Positions 10,450 to 22,982 of a stretch of 59,759 nucleotides of DNA are shown here, piece after piece. The stretch is from Stenotrophomonas sp. (GTDB taxonomy: Bacteria; Pseudomonadota; Gammaproteobacteria; Xanthomonadales; Xanthomonadaceae). Position 1 is the first letter of the stretch. Each line of letters opens with the position of its first letter. The notes beneath the pieces are model-generated. The model was given only the letters and a program-made list of their open reading frames with translations. It had not been told where the DNA came from and did no database searches. A program made the position numbers and the translations under genes. Location of the stretch: NCBI GenBank assembly GCA_003510825.1, contig DOKO01000057.1:1-59759 (forward strand), written 5' to 3'.

Positions 10450-11583
10450 TTAACGAGTGATGCGCGTGTCGGCGCGCCGCGGCAGCACCGCCTCGAACAC
10501 CACCTGTCCCTGCTCGTTGCGCGCACTCAGCCGCCCACCGTGCGCGGCCACGAACTGATCAACGATGTACAGGCCAAGGCCCAGCCCCTTGCTCTGGTGG
10601 AAGCTGGCTTTGAACGGTTCGAACAGGCGCGGCAGCAGTGCCTCCTCGATGTGCCCGACATTGCGCACGCGCAGGGTCACCACGCGCGAATCGCTGCCAT
10701 CGACGGCAACCCGCACCACGTCCTTGCCCCCATGGGTGATCGCATTGCCGACCAGGTTGGCCACCACCTGCCCCAGGCGATCCATGTCGCCGTGCAGCGT
10801 GGCATCACCACTGGCTTCGAAGGCGACGCGATCGCTTCCGTGTGCGCTGCCGGCTTCGGCGATCACTGCGCGCGCCAGTTCTTCCATGTCGCAGGCATTG
10901 GCTTCCAGGCGCAGTCCGCCGCTGCGGATGCGCGAGAAATCCAGCAGCTGCTCGACCATGCGCGCCATGCGCACGGTGCTGGCTTCCAGGTGCTGCAGGG
11001 TCTGCTGCGCACTGGTGTTGCCCGGCGGCAGCTCAAGCGACAGCTTGTCGGCGCACAGCAGGATGGCCGACAGCGGCGTGCGCAGGTCGTGGGTCAGCAC
11101 GGCGGCCATCGTCTCGTTCAACTTCAACGCGCGCTCCAGCGCCTCGTTGCGCGCCTTCAGCAGCTGCCGCTGCTGGTAGAGCTCGATGAACACATTGACC
11201 TTGCTCAGGATGACCTGCGGCGCCACCGGCTTGTGCAGGAAATCGACCGCGCCGCTTTCGTAGCCCTTGAACGCACGCACCGGATCATCCGGCGAGGCGG
11301 TCAGGAAGATGATCGGCACATCACGGCTGCGCTGCGAACCACGCATCAGCTCGGCCAGGGTGAAGCCATCGATCTCCGGCATGTGCACGTCCAGCAGCGC
11401 CAGCGCCACTTCATGCTCCAGCAGCAGCTCCAGCGCCTGTGCGCCCGAGCCGGCCAGCAGCAGGTTGACGCCCTCGCGGCGCAGCAGCGCCTGCATGGCT
11501 ACCAGGTTCTGCGGCACGTCATCGACGATCAGCAGGTTGACCGGGGTCTGCGACTGCGCAGGGTCCGGTGGCAGCAGGTTCAT
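10450..11583 (-). CDS. Hybrid response regulator/sensor histidine kinase (REC-HisKA-HATPase)
   Basis: LLIVDD..LLDVHMP receiver; THDLRTPL H-box; NLVGNA; GLGLGL. Confidence 0.92.
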   Translation of the reverse strand: MNLLPPDPAQSQTPVNLLIVDDVPQNLVAMQALLRREGVNLLLAGSGAQALELLLEHEVALALLDVHMPEIDGFTLAELMRGSQRSRDVPIIFLTASPDDPVRAFKGYESGAVDFLHKPVAPQVILSKVNVFIELYQQRQLLKARNEALERALKLNETMAAVLTHDLRTPLSAILLCADKLSLELPPGNTSAQQTLQHLEASTVRMARMVEQLLDFSRIRSGGLRLEANACDMEELARAVIAEAGSAHGSDRVAFEASGDATLHGDMDRLGQVVANLVGNAITHGGKDVVRVAVDGSDSRVVTLRVRNVGHIEEALLPRLFEPFKASFHQSKGLGLGLYIVDQFVAAHGGRLSARNEQGQVVFEAVLPRRADTRITR

Positions 11584-12155
11584 GCGAACAACTCCTTCAA
11601 GCGACGGCACATCAATTCGAGAGGCAGCACGGCATCAGCGCCGGCGTGCTGCAGGGCGGAGGCCGGCATCATCGATGCCTCGGCCTCCTCGGGGCATTGC
11701 AACCAGGCGCGGCCACCGGCGGATCGCACCGCGGCCACCCCCTCACTGCCGTCGCTGCTGGCACCGGTCAGCAGCACCGCCAGCAGCTGCGGCCCGAACA
11801 CGGCCGCGGCGGATTCAAACAACGGATCGATGGCCGGGCGCGAGAACAGCACCGGCTCATCCATCGACAATGCGATGGCCTGCGCGTCCTCGACCAGCAG
11901 GTGGTAGTCGGGTGCCGCGAAGGTCACCGTCCCTGCCTGCAGCGGCTGTTTGTCCTCCGCCTCGCGCACCTGCAACGCGCAGTACGGCGCCAGCACCTCG
12001 GCGATGCGGCTGCTGCGGTCACGCGGCAGGTGCAGCACCACCAGCACCGGTATCGGCAGGCCAGCCGGCAGCGCCCCCAGCAGCGCCTGCAGCGCGGCCA
12101 CGCCACCGGCAGATGCGCCGACGACCAGCAGATGCGGGCGCGGGGCGACCATCAA
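11580..12155 (-). CDS. cheB: CheB-type methylesterase (catalytic domain only)
   Basis: GASAGG, VLH, SRPAIDPLF, LTGASSDG motifs. Confidence 0.9.
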   Translation of the reverse strand: MMVAPRPHLLVVGASAGGVAALQALLGALPAGLPIPVLVVLHLPRDRSSRIAEVLAPYCALQVREAEDKQPLQAGTVTFAAPDYHLLVEDAQAIALSMDEPVLFSRPAIDPLFESAAAVFGPQLLAVLLTGASSDGSEGVAAVRSAGGRAWLQCPEEAEASMMPASALQHAGADAVLPLELMCRRLKELFA

Positions 12156-12972
12156 ACGACCTTCCGGTACAGCCGGTGCTCGCGCGAGCAGGCTTCAAAC
12201 GCATCGTGGTGGCGGCCGAACTGCAGCGATTCCTTGCTGCCCAGGCCAAGGAATCCACGGTGCACCAGCGCCTCGCGGAACAGACCCACGGCACGGTCCT
12301 GCAGGTCGCGGTTGAAATAGATCAGCACATTGCGGCAGGACACCAGGTGCACTTCGGAGAACACCGTGTCGGTGGCCAGGCTGTGGTCGGCGAACACCAC
12401 GTTGCGGCGCAGCTGGCGATCGAACACCGCACCGTCGTAGGCGGTAGCGTAGTAATCGGACAGCGAACCGGTACCGCCGGCGGCCAGATAGTTGCGGCTG
12501 AACTGGGCCAGGCGGTCGATGCTGTAGGCACCGGCTTCCGCGGTGGCCAGCGCTGCCGGATTGATGTCGGTGGCGTAGACGATGCTGCGCTCCAGCAGCC
12601 CTTCCTCGTGCAGCAGGATGGCCAGCGACCACACCTCTTCACCGGTACTGCAGCCAGCCACCCACAGCTTCACCGACGGGTAGGTACGCAGCACCGGCAC
12701 CACCTGCTCGCGCAGCTGCTTGAAATAGGCCGGGTCACGGAACATTTCCGAGACCTGCACGGTGAAGAACTGCATCGCCTGGGCGAACAGGTCCGGCTCG
12801 TGCAGCAGCCGGTGCTGCAGGTCGACCAGGCGCTCGCAGTCATAGCGCTGCATGGCCTGGCGGATGCGCCGCCGCAGCGAGGAGACCGCGTAGCTGCGGA
12901 AGTCATAGTGGTAGCGCTGGTACAGCGCCTCCAGCAACACCTTCAACTCCAGATCGAACAGCGCCTGCTCAT

Positions 12973-12976
<4 letters not shown>
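12152..12976 (-). CDS. cheR: CheR-type protein-glutamate methyltransferase
   Basis: MFRDP, WVAGCSTGEE, ATDI, CRNVLIYF, LGSKESL. Confidence 0.93.
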
Positions 12977-16077
<3,101 letters not shown>

Positions 16078-16229
16078 GCGGGTCGGTTCCAGAGCACGAA
16101 AGGTGCACGATGGTACTCCCTGTCGCATTCAGCCGCATACGACCTATGGCACACGCACGGCGTGCACAAAACCTTCACGCTCGCCTGCCTACGTTCGCAT
16201 CCCTTACAGGGGTATCAAGCCATTTCTAC

Positions 16230-17387
16230 GTGGACGCTCTCGCTTCTACGCCCTCCGTGCTGACGGACACGTCCCGACAACTGCGATTGCTGATCGACAG
16301 CGTTCGCGACCATGCCCTGTACCTGCTCGATCCGCAGGGCATCGTCTGCAGCTGGAACCCGGGCGCCGAGCGGATCAAGGGCTACCGTGCCGACGAAGTC
16401 ATCGGCACCCACTTCAGCCGCTTCTACCTGGCCGATGAACGCGAGGCCGGCGAGCCGCAGCGCCTGCTGCACCTGGCCGCACAGAACGGCCATGTGGCCA
16501 GCGAAGGCTGGCGGGTACGCCGCGATGGCTCTTCCTTCAGGGCCAGCATCGTCATCGAGGCGGTACGCGAGAACGGCGAGCTGCTGGGCTTCGTCAAGAT
16601 CACCCGCGACATCACCGAGCACTGGCAGGCCCAGCGCCTGCTGCGCGACGCCCAGCGTGCCCTGCGCCAGACCCAGCAGTTCGAGACCGTGGGCCGGCTC
16701 AGCCGCGGCCTGTCGCACGAGTTCAACAACCTGCTGACCACGGTCGGCAACGCGCTGGACCTGCTGTCGATGCGCCTGGGCAGTGACGCCCGCGCCGCCG
16801 AACTGCTGACCACCGCGCAGGCTGCCACCGACCGCGGCGCCCTGCTGACCCGGCAGCTGCTGGCCTTCAGCACCGGCCAGACCCTGATCCGCGAGCCGCT
16901 GGACATCAACCAGCAGATCAGCGAGTGGCTGCCCGGGCTGCGCAGCGCCTGCCCGCCCGGGGTCACCGTGGAAGCGGCACTGGCACCGGGCCTGCCCCTG
17001 CTCAGCACCGACCCCCTGCAGCTGCAGACCGCTCTTGCCAATCTGGTCGCCAACGCTGCCGACGCCACGCTGGACGGCGGTCGTGTGCTGGTGGCCACCG
17101 CGCTTGAGCACCGGCTGGATCCAGACGCGGACACCGCGCTGCAGCGTCGATATGTGACACTAAGCGTCTGCGACGAGGGCCACGGCATGGCCCCGGACAT
17201 CGCTGAACGGGCCACCGAGCCCTTCTTTACGACCAAGGACATCGGCAAAGGCAGCGGCCTGGGCCTCAGCCAGGTGTTCGGTTTCACTACCCAGAGCGGC
17301 GGCTTCGTTGATGTGTCCACCACGCCCGGTGTCGGCACCACGGTCAGCCTGCTGCTACCCGCAATGGAGGACCCTGCCCATGACTGA
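16230..17387 (+). CDS. PAS-domain sensor histidine kinase
   Basis: PAS (SWNPGAERIKGY..EGWRVRRDGS..KITRDITE), HEFNNLL, EPFFTTK..GSGLGL; start uncertain (GTG 16230). Confidence 0.88.
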   Translation: MDALASTPSVLTDTSRQLRLLIDSVRDHALYLLDPQGIVCSWNPGAERIKGYRADEVIGTHFSRFYLADEREAGEPQRLLHLAAQNGHVASEGWRVRRDGSSFRASIVIEAVRENGELLGFVKITRDITEHWQAQRLLRDAQRALRQTQQFETVGRLSRGLSHEFNNLLTTVGNALDLLSMRLGSDARAAELLTTAQAATDRGALLTRQLLAFSTGQTLIREPLDINQQISEWLPGLRSACPPGVTVEAALAPGLPLLSTDPLQLQTALANLVANAADATLDGGRVLVATALEHRLDPDADTALQRRYVTLSVCDEGHGMAPDIAERATEPFFTTKDIGKGSGLGLSQVFGFTTQSGGFVDVSTTPGVGTTVSLLLPAMEDPAHD

Positions 17388-17739
17388 TGACCCGCTCCGC
17401 GTATTGATGGTGGAGGACCAGTCCGATCTTCGCGAGATGATCGGCCTGGCGCTGCGCGATTTCGGCATCGATGTGGCAACCACGTCCGACGGCCACGAAG
17501 CCGTCGCCCTGATGCAGGGCGGCGAGCGCTTCGACGTGGTGTTCAGCGACGTCAGCATGCCCAACGGCATGTCCGGCATCGAACTGAGCGAGCACGTGGC
17601 GCGCGACCAGCCGCACGCGCGGATGATCCTGTCTTCAGGCTATGCGCGCTCGCAGCTGCCGCCGCTGCCCGACCAGGTGGAGTTCCTGCCCAAGCCTTAT
17701 CGGCTGCGCCAGCTGGTGGAGCTGCTGAAGCAGGATTGA
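17380..17739 (+). CDS. Single-domain response regulator
   Basis: VLMVED..FSDVSMP..SGY..PKPY. Confidence 0.9.
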   Translation: MTDDPLRVLMVEDQSDLREMIGLALRDFGIDVATTSDGHEAVALMQGGERFDVVFSDVSMPNGMSGIELSEHVARDQPHARMILSSGYARSQLPPLPDQVEFLPKPYRLRQLVELLKQD

Positions 17740-17749
17740 GGGATCACCG

Positions 17750-17869
17750 CCCGGTGGTGGGTGCGGAAACCCCCATCCACGCGCGGCGTGGATCTACAAC
17801 CCCGGTGGTGGGTGCGGACCGTTGGTCCGCACTGCGGAAACGCTCAGCCACGCATGGCGTGGATCTACC
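17750..17869. repeat. Cluster of REP (SMAG-type) palindromes
   Basis: Two GTAGATCCACGCC..GCGTGG units (minus strand) alternating with GGTGGGTGCGGA.. units. Confidence 0.8.
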
Positions 17870-17893
17870 CTCGCCTGCGCCGGCTCGACGCCT

Positions 17894-18016
17894 TTACCAG
17901 CGCATGAACAGCGTCACCACAAAGATGGCCAAGGCCACGCCGATGACGATCCACAGCCCTCTGCTCTGACGCCAGGAGGGCTTACGGGTGCCGGGGTTGT
18001 TCATCGCTTGCTCCAT
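17894..18016 (-). CDS. Small single-TM hypothetical protein
   Basis: MEQAMNNPGTRKPSWRQSRGLWIVIGVALAIFVVTLFMRW. Confidence 0.45.
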   Translation of the reverse strand: MEQAMNNPGTRKPSWRQSRGLWIVIGVALAIFVVTLFMRW

Positions 18017-18096
18017 CGTGATAACAGGGATGGAACGAGCTTCGCGTTCTACATGTGGAGTGCGCGTGCAAGGTTGCCACATGCGACGCAATGCAT

Positions 18097-18279
18097 TCAG
18101 GAATCCGCGTCGCGGTCCACCCGCAGACGACTGACCCGCCAGCCCCCGTGCGAATTGAATCGCCCGGTGTCACCGGTCAGGCCGTAGCGCAGCGCCAACC
18201 AGCCGGCGCGGACCGAACCCACATGCCATTCCCGCACTTTCCTGTACGCATACCGAAAACGACGAGCTTGCATGGGCAC
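18097..18279 (-). CDS. Small basic hypothetical protein (paralogue of 24367-24540)
   Basis: FRYAYRK..W..RY.LTGD.G.F.SHGGWR.SRL shared with the prophage ORF. Confidence 0.65.
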   Translation of the reverse strand: MPMQARRFRYAYRKVREWHVGSVRAGWLALRYGLTGDTGRFNSHGGWRVSRLRVDRDADS

Positions 18280-18362
18280 ACCCTAAGTGTGATGGTCATC
18301 ACGATTTGCGGACGATAGCGCGAATTCATTTCGGCTGGAAGACACCCCTCAATCCACCCGCT

Positions 18363-18464
18363 TCAGCGCTTGCGACGGCGCCAAGCCCGGTCCGCGACAT
18401 GGACGAGCCCGAGCAGGCAGGCGGCCACCAGCGCTACCTCACCAATGGCGAGCAACAGGTCCAC
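18363..18464 (-). CDS. 33-aa hydrophobic peptide with basic tail
   Basis: GGAG SD + GTG; MDLLLAIGEVALVAACLLGLVHVADRAWRRRKR. Confidence 0.45.
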   Translation of the reverse strand: MDLLLAIGEVALVAACLLGLVHVADRAWRRRKR

Positions 18465-18652
18465 GGGAATACTCCGGCCGGCGAGGGTTGCGGCCAGGCT
18501 GGTGCCGTTGAAATGACGGTCAACCTGTGCTGCAGGATCACCGTAAGGGCAAACGGGCTCGCCGTTCTGCAAGGTGATACGCATTTCCGGCAATGCGATG
18601 CGGATGAATGCGGGGAATGAGGGCGGAACTGCGGATGAGGCCGCCAGGAGCG

Positions 18653-18701
18653 TGGTGACCCCGGCCCGATTCGAACGGGCGACCTTCCCCTTAGGAGGGG
18701 G
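18653..18701 (-). pseudogene. 3' fragment of tRNA-Arg(CCU) = prophage att core
   Basis: Minus strand CCCC-CTCCTAA-GGGGA-AGGTC-GCCCG-TTCGAAT-CGGGC-CGGGGTC-ACCA: anticodon arm, T arm and CCA present; no D arm or 5' acceptor strand upstream. Confidence 0.88.
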
Positions 18702-18739
18702 GCGACCAGCCCTTATGTACCAACGCGCCCAGAATGCAC

Positions 18740-18756
18740 TGTGCCAAAGGTGTGCC
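18740..18756. other. Putative integrase arm-type sites
   Basis: Direct repeat TGTGCC-AAAGG-TGTGCC about 40 bp inside the att core. Confidence 0.4.
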
Positions 18757-18953
18757 TAATTGGCCCGCGCTGCCGAACATCTAGCCGGAATTTGTGCGGT
18801 TGCGGCCCGCACCCTGTCGTCCCATCGCCTCCGCCCCCGCCCCCCCTCGTACAAAGGCCGCTTTGACAACATGTACAGTTCATGAAACCTTCATGATCCG
18901 CCCAGCCGCCCGGCTGCCAGGAGTTGGCGGAGACACACTATGGAGAGCACTGA

Positions 18954-19817
18954 ATGAAGATTGCGAAGATCTTGGCCGCGATGGGGCTACTCGCCGCAAC
19001 CGCTTTGGGAACCGAAGCCCAAGCAACGACCCTTCGATGCGATGGATGTTCCGGGCCTGAAATGCAGGAGTGGGCCATCATGGAGGCCGCTCAAAACGGC
19101 TACACCTATGACGAAGTATTCGTCATCAACCAGACCGATGGCTTCATGAAGAAGTTCATCGTGACCGTCGATGCTGGCGGCGGCGATATCCCTGATCAGA
19201 TACCAGATGGGACGAGCTACGGAACCGCAACGGAGGTGGCCGTACCTGACCCTGTCCTTGAGTATTTTTCTGTGGCGCTAATGGTCAATGGACGAATCAT
19301 CGCCATGGCGCCAGGCCTTCCTGGCTCAATGTACGACGTCGTGAATAATCCTTCGGCCGACTACGCTCTTTCTGAGTACGCAAAGACGACTCAACAGGCG
19401 GAAGACAACATATTGTGGAGGGTCTTGTCTTCTCTTGAGTTTATACCTATCGATTTTTCCAAGTTTGATATCGCGATCAAGCTGACTGCCAGTGACCAGT
19501 CTTTTGCGACCTTGGTCTATGACCCAGTCGCTAAGAAATGGTATCGACTGAAAGAAGACACCCGCGATTCGGGCGGAAACATTATTCCTTCGACCAAGTC
19601 TGAGGTCACTGGCGGAACGGATAGCTTCCGGCAATACAACTTCACCAACGGCAATGACTTCACCCGCTTCGTGCAGCATGTGGGTAACTTGGGCGTCGTC
19701 TTCGTGGGCTCTGTTGGCAATGTAAGTGGTACGGTCGGAGTGGTGTGCACTTCGATCATCAAGAGCACCGAAGGCCAAGAGTCTCGGGAAGAAACACAGT
19801 GCTCAACTACCAATTGA
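18954..19817 (+). CDS. Secreted hypothetical protein (prophage cargo)
   Basis: GGAG SD, signal peptide ending AQA, Cys pairs at both termini, lower GC than host. Confidence 0.8.
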   Translation: MKIAKILAAMGLLAATALGTEAQATTLRCDGCSGPEMQEWAIMEAAQNGYTYDEVFVINQTDGFMKKFIVTVDAGGGDIPDQIPDGTSYGTATEVAVPDPVLEYFSVALMVNGRIIAMAPGLPGSMYDVVNNPSADYALSEYAKTTQQAEDNILWRVLSSLEFIPIDFSKFDIAIKLTASDQSFATLVYDPVAKKWYRLKEDTRDSGGNIIPSTKSEVTGGTDSFRQYNFTNGNDFTRFVQHVGNLGVVFVGSVGNVSGTVGVVCTSIIKSTEGQESREETQCSTTN

Positions 19818-19832
19818 ACTAAATTCTCAAAC

Positions 19833-19863
19833 AAAAATGCCCCCGCAACTACGGGGGCATTTC
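19833..19863. terminator. Intrinsic terminator (probably bidirectional)
   Basis: AAAAATGCCCCCG-CAACTA-CGGGGGCATTT. Confidence 0.75.
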
Positions 19864-20162
19864 TGAAGCAAGGGAGCACAGGCTTAGAAGTCTACCTGAC
19901 TGTCGTTGCAAATCAGCCACTTTGATCGAATTGATTTCTGGAAGCGGACTGCCCAAGCCCTTGCGGCACAACGGTTCTACACGCAATTTTCTGGAGCCAA
20001 GGCAGCCATTGCGAGGCATCTCACTCCAAGCGGGACAGGCGCCCACTGCCCGCCTCTGCGGCGAGGCAACCGCCGTATGCAGTCAGTTGTCACGAACTAA
20101 GGCCGTCTGGCGTCTCCACCTTTAAGTGGGCCAATTCCGGTCCACACTTACAGGACAGGACA

Positions 20163-20627
20163 ATGCAAATGAACCGAGCGAACTGGTTTGTGGTCTCTCC
20201 CGAGGGTGCCAAAGCGGTTGGACAGCTCCATCACTTTGTGACCACCGGCACATCGTTGCCCTCCAAATTGATCCACTTGGTGTTCTTGCGCGTTTCTCAA
20301 CTGAACGGATGCGCGCACTGCATAGACATCCACACGCGCGATCTGCTCAAGGAAGGCATGCCCTTCGACACAATCACACTTCTGCCTGTATGGCATGAAG
20401 CCGCGTACCTCTTCTCGGAGCAAGAGCGCGCCGCATTGGCATGGGCTGAGGAAGTGACGCTTGTCAGCGACACCCACGCATCTGACGAGGCGTACCAAGC
20501 CGTGGCCGCAGTCTTCAGCGAGAAGGACCTTGTAGATCTCACGCTCACCATCGCGGCAATGAACGCGATCAATCGGCTAGGGGTGAGCTTTAGGCTCAAG
20601 CCCCGTGCCAAGCCCGCTACCGAGTAA
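20163..20627 (+). CDS. Carboxymuconolactone decarboxylase/AhpD-like alkylhydroperoxidase family protein
   Basis: LRVSQLNGCAHCIDIH CxxC motif, ERAALAWAEEVT, MNAINR. Confidence 0.9.
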   Translation: MQMNRANWFVVSPEGAKAVGQLHHFVTTGTSLPSKLIHLVFLRVSQLNGCAHCIDIHTRDLLKEGMPFDTITLLPVWHEAAYLFSEQERAALAWAEEVTLVSDTHASDEAYQAVAAVFSEKDLVDLTLTIAAMNAINRLGVSFRLKPRAKPATE

Positions 20628-20665
20628 CGGCACCCGCGAGCGCTGGGCATTGGCCCAGCGCCTCC

Positions 20666-21172
20666 TCAGCGCCTCTTTGATCCGACTTTTCCCTCCCTCA
20701 ACCCAACGTCAGCGCGATCCGTCAGTCTGGGCCTTGTCTCCGCCGGCGGCTGTATCAGCGCCAGTGCAGGCATCACTCGGGCGGCCGCAGCCGCAGCCGC
20801 CTCGTCCAGGCGCTGGGCCTGCTGCTGTTGCTCGCTTGTCGGTGGCAAACCCGGCAGCGGCGGACGCGGATCTATGGGCGTACTGTCGGTGAGGCGGGTC
20901 ACGGCCTCCCGAAGCGGCAAATCGGGATAGAGCCTGGCCGCGCACCAACGCTCGGCGAAGCGCTTGCCCTGCCGGAAGCTGGCCACTCTCACGCTCTTGG
21001 TCTGCCACATCTTTAAGGCGTTGAGAGCCATGCGCAGGCCGCCAGCACGATCCGGCGTCAGGCTGGCCACCTCCCGGCCGTTCCACCACAGTGCCCAGCG
21101 CTCGCCCATCTGCACCCACCCGGACGGGATGGGAGCTGTGCGGAAGCCTTGGTAGCCGATGGAAGGAAGCAT
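20666..21172 (-). CDS. Hypothetical protein
   Basis: ATG 21172, MLPSIGYQGFRTAPIPSGW..; Trp-rich N-terminal domain. Confidence 0.6.
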   Translation of the reverse strand: MLPSIGYQGFRTAPIPSGWVQMGERWALWWNGREVASLTPDRAGGLRMALNALKMWQTKSVRVASFRQGKRFAERWCAARLYPDLPLREAVTRLTDSTPIDPRPPLPGLPPTSEQQQQAQRLDEAAAAAAARVMPALALIQPPAETRPRLTDRADVGLREGKVGSKRR

Positions 21173-21245
21173 GCCGAGGAGCTTACGCCTGGGTGTCGCA
21201 CAGCTTGCGATTGACCTTCGCCATCTCGGGACCGAGAGATTGGGC

Positions 21246-21545
21246 TCAGCCTCCAACCGGATGACGACCGGCTATTGCCCCCATGGTGAAGGCGTAGCCA
21301 GCGTCTTCCAGCATTGATCGCAGCCGCATTTCTGCTCGCCGCGGCATAGGAAGACCACGTGACGCATACAGCACATACACAACATGACCGTCCGGGCCAT
21401 GTTCCCTGCGCACGCTGCAGCTATTCGTCTCGGCAGCATCTGACCAAACGGCCTTCAGCTTCTCTGGCCCGATGGACTGCCCATTCCGCAGACGAAAGCT
21501 AAGCCAACGTACGCTTACGGGGTCGTACTTTTCTAGGTCAGCCAT
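21246..21545 (-). CDS. Hypothetical protein (99 aa)
   Basis: ORF with globular composition in a low-GC cluster. Confidence 0.6.
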   Translation of the reverse strand: MADLEKYDPVSVRWLSFRLRNGQSIGPEKLKAVWSDAAETNSCSVRREHGPDGHVVYVLYASRGLPMPRRAEMRLRSMLEDAGYAFTMGAIAGRHPVGG

Positions 21546-21748
21546 TGGGCACCTTCAATACGGCGATGGAGTTCGTCCAACACAACCGGATCTATCCGGG
21601 GATGCTCGTCAATAGAGGACATGGGCAGATCAATCCGAGTTGATCGCCTAACCAAGGCCGGAGAAGCGCATGACAAGTCGATCCACCACCCTTCGGGAAG
21701 GCGCAAGCCCCTCCCGTTTCTGTCGTAGATGCTGATGAAGAAAGGCAT
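21533..21748 (-). CDS. Hypothetical protein (71 aa)
   Basis: MPFFISIYDRNG.., overlaps the start of the next gene. Confidence 0.4.
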   Translation of the reverse strand: MPFFISIYDRNGRGLRLPEGWWIDLSCASPALVRRSTRIDLPMSSIDEHPRIDPVVLDELHRRIEGAQWLT

Positions 21749-21774
21749 GTGGACGACCGAATCCCTATAGAAGG

Positions 21775-22047
21775 TCAGCCATGCCCAGTCGGGACGACGC
21801 GACTGGCGCACAGGAAGACCTGAGCCTCGTCTTGCTGAACCTTTAAGAACGAATCAAGCCAACGGACAGCGGCACCGCGATTCTCGATGATCCTTCCGAG
21901 CTCTTCAGTAAGGCAGCGTGCGCACTCCATTCCACCAGGGCTCGGGGAATGACAAGAACGACAAAGCCCCATGGTCGTCGTAGCCGCTGGGCGAGACTGA
22001 TACATGATCTTGGTCATCAAACCTACCGCTTTCTCATGCAATGCCAT
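21775..22047 (-). CDS. Small protein with CxxC..CxxC (putative Zn-binding)
   Basis: CRSC..CARC. Confidence 0.6.
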   Translation of the reverse strand: MALHEKAVGLMTKIMYQSRPAATTTMGLCRSCHSPSPGGMECARCLTEELGRIIENRGAAVRWLDSFLKVQQDEAQVFLCASRVVPTGHG

Positions 22048-22107
22048 GACCCTTGATTCCTGCTGAGCCAGAAGAAAGCCGCGCTACGCGCGGCTCCTCG
22101 TTATGCC

Positions 22108-22332
22108 CTAGCGGCGAGCGTTCTGCTGCTCACCTTGCTTTTCCTTGCCACTTCCCTGTTTGCCGCCCTCCTGGCTGCTTTGCTGCTTCTGCGGATCCTT
22201 CTCGCCCTTTCCGTCGGGGCCGCCACCGAGCTCCTCTCCATTCACTTGGCCCTGTTGTCCCTGCTGCCCAGCTCGCTTTGCATCGCTGCTGTCGTTGGAT
22301 CGGGAATCCTGACTCTGATTGACATTGTTCAT
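22108..22332 (-). CDS. Hydrophilin-like Q/G/S/K-rich small protein
   Basis: GGAG SD; 74 aa with almost no hydrophobic residues. Confidence 0.6.
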   Translation of the reverse strand: MNNVNQSQDSRSNDSSDAKRAGQQGQQGQVNGEELGGGPDGKGEKDPQKQQSSQEGGKQGSGKEKQGEQQNARR

Positions 22333-22480
22333 ACGTTACTCCACTGCAGCTAAGTACTGCCCACTCACAGTCCTCTCTCCGCTGTTAGGAGGGCGTGCTG
22401 CAGCGTCCCATTTATGAACAAGGGTGCAAACAGCAGAGTGACTAAGCGAGTAGAGTCAAAGCCCCAAAAGGAGAACTGCC

Positions 22481-22768
22481 ATGGAAAGCCTGAGAAACAA
22501 AGACTACGTCGACGTAGACAGAGAACTAGCTCACTGGGAGTTGGCTTTCAATGCCGGGGTTCTTCCTGCGCTGAACTTTCGTCATGAGGTTGCGCCCGTA
22601 ATTCGACTGGCTTGCGACATATACACCCGAAATCCACATGGCACTCATGTTGCCTGGCTGCGCGACCTCCAGGAGCGTTTAGCAAGGCGGCCTAGCCTGC
22701 GAGGAAATCCCGGCGCTGAAGAGATCGCTGAAGGCTGCTGGAAGCTAATTTCCGTTTCCCCTTTGTAA
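22481..22768 (+). CDS. Hypothetical protein (95 aa)
   Basis: Strong AAGGAG SD. Confidence 0.7.
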   Translation: MESLRNKDYVDVDRELAHWELAFNAGVLPALNFRHEVAPVIRLACDIYTRNPHGTHVAWLRDLQERLARRPSLRGNPGAEEIAEGCWKLISVSPL

Positions 22769-22982
22769 GATCACGAGTACGTCAGCAACCGCGAGCAGGC
22801 GCGAGGGAGTATCAAACAGAGTCGTACTTTGCGACGCACGCCAGAAATGGCCAAGAGAGAGCCTTTGGTACAGCTCGGCTTGATGCGTACTTCATCGGAT
22901 TGATGATACGGTGACCAATCTTGGCTCTTCTCCGGCGCGAAATTCTTCGCGCCCGTGTCCAGCCCTCATATGGCTGGAGCCC

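Noticed and set aside
17750-17869. Possible CRISPR-like repeat array
   Set aside because: Units are GTAG/GTGG REP palindromes without regular unique spacers; no cas genes
18653-18730. Intact tRNA-Arg
   Set aside because: Upstream sequence cannot form the D arm or 5' acceptor strand; treated as att remnant
19884-19892. Minus-strand GACTTCTAA plus terminator resembling a gene 3' end (Asp-Phe-stop, as in groEL) from another element's att site
   Set aside because: Nine-base match is too short to support without a search
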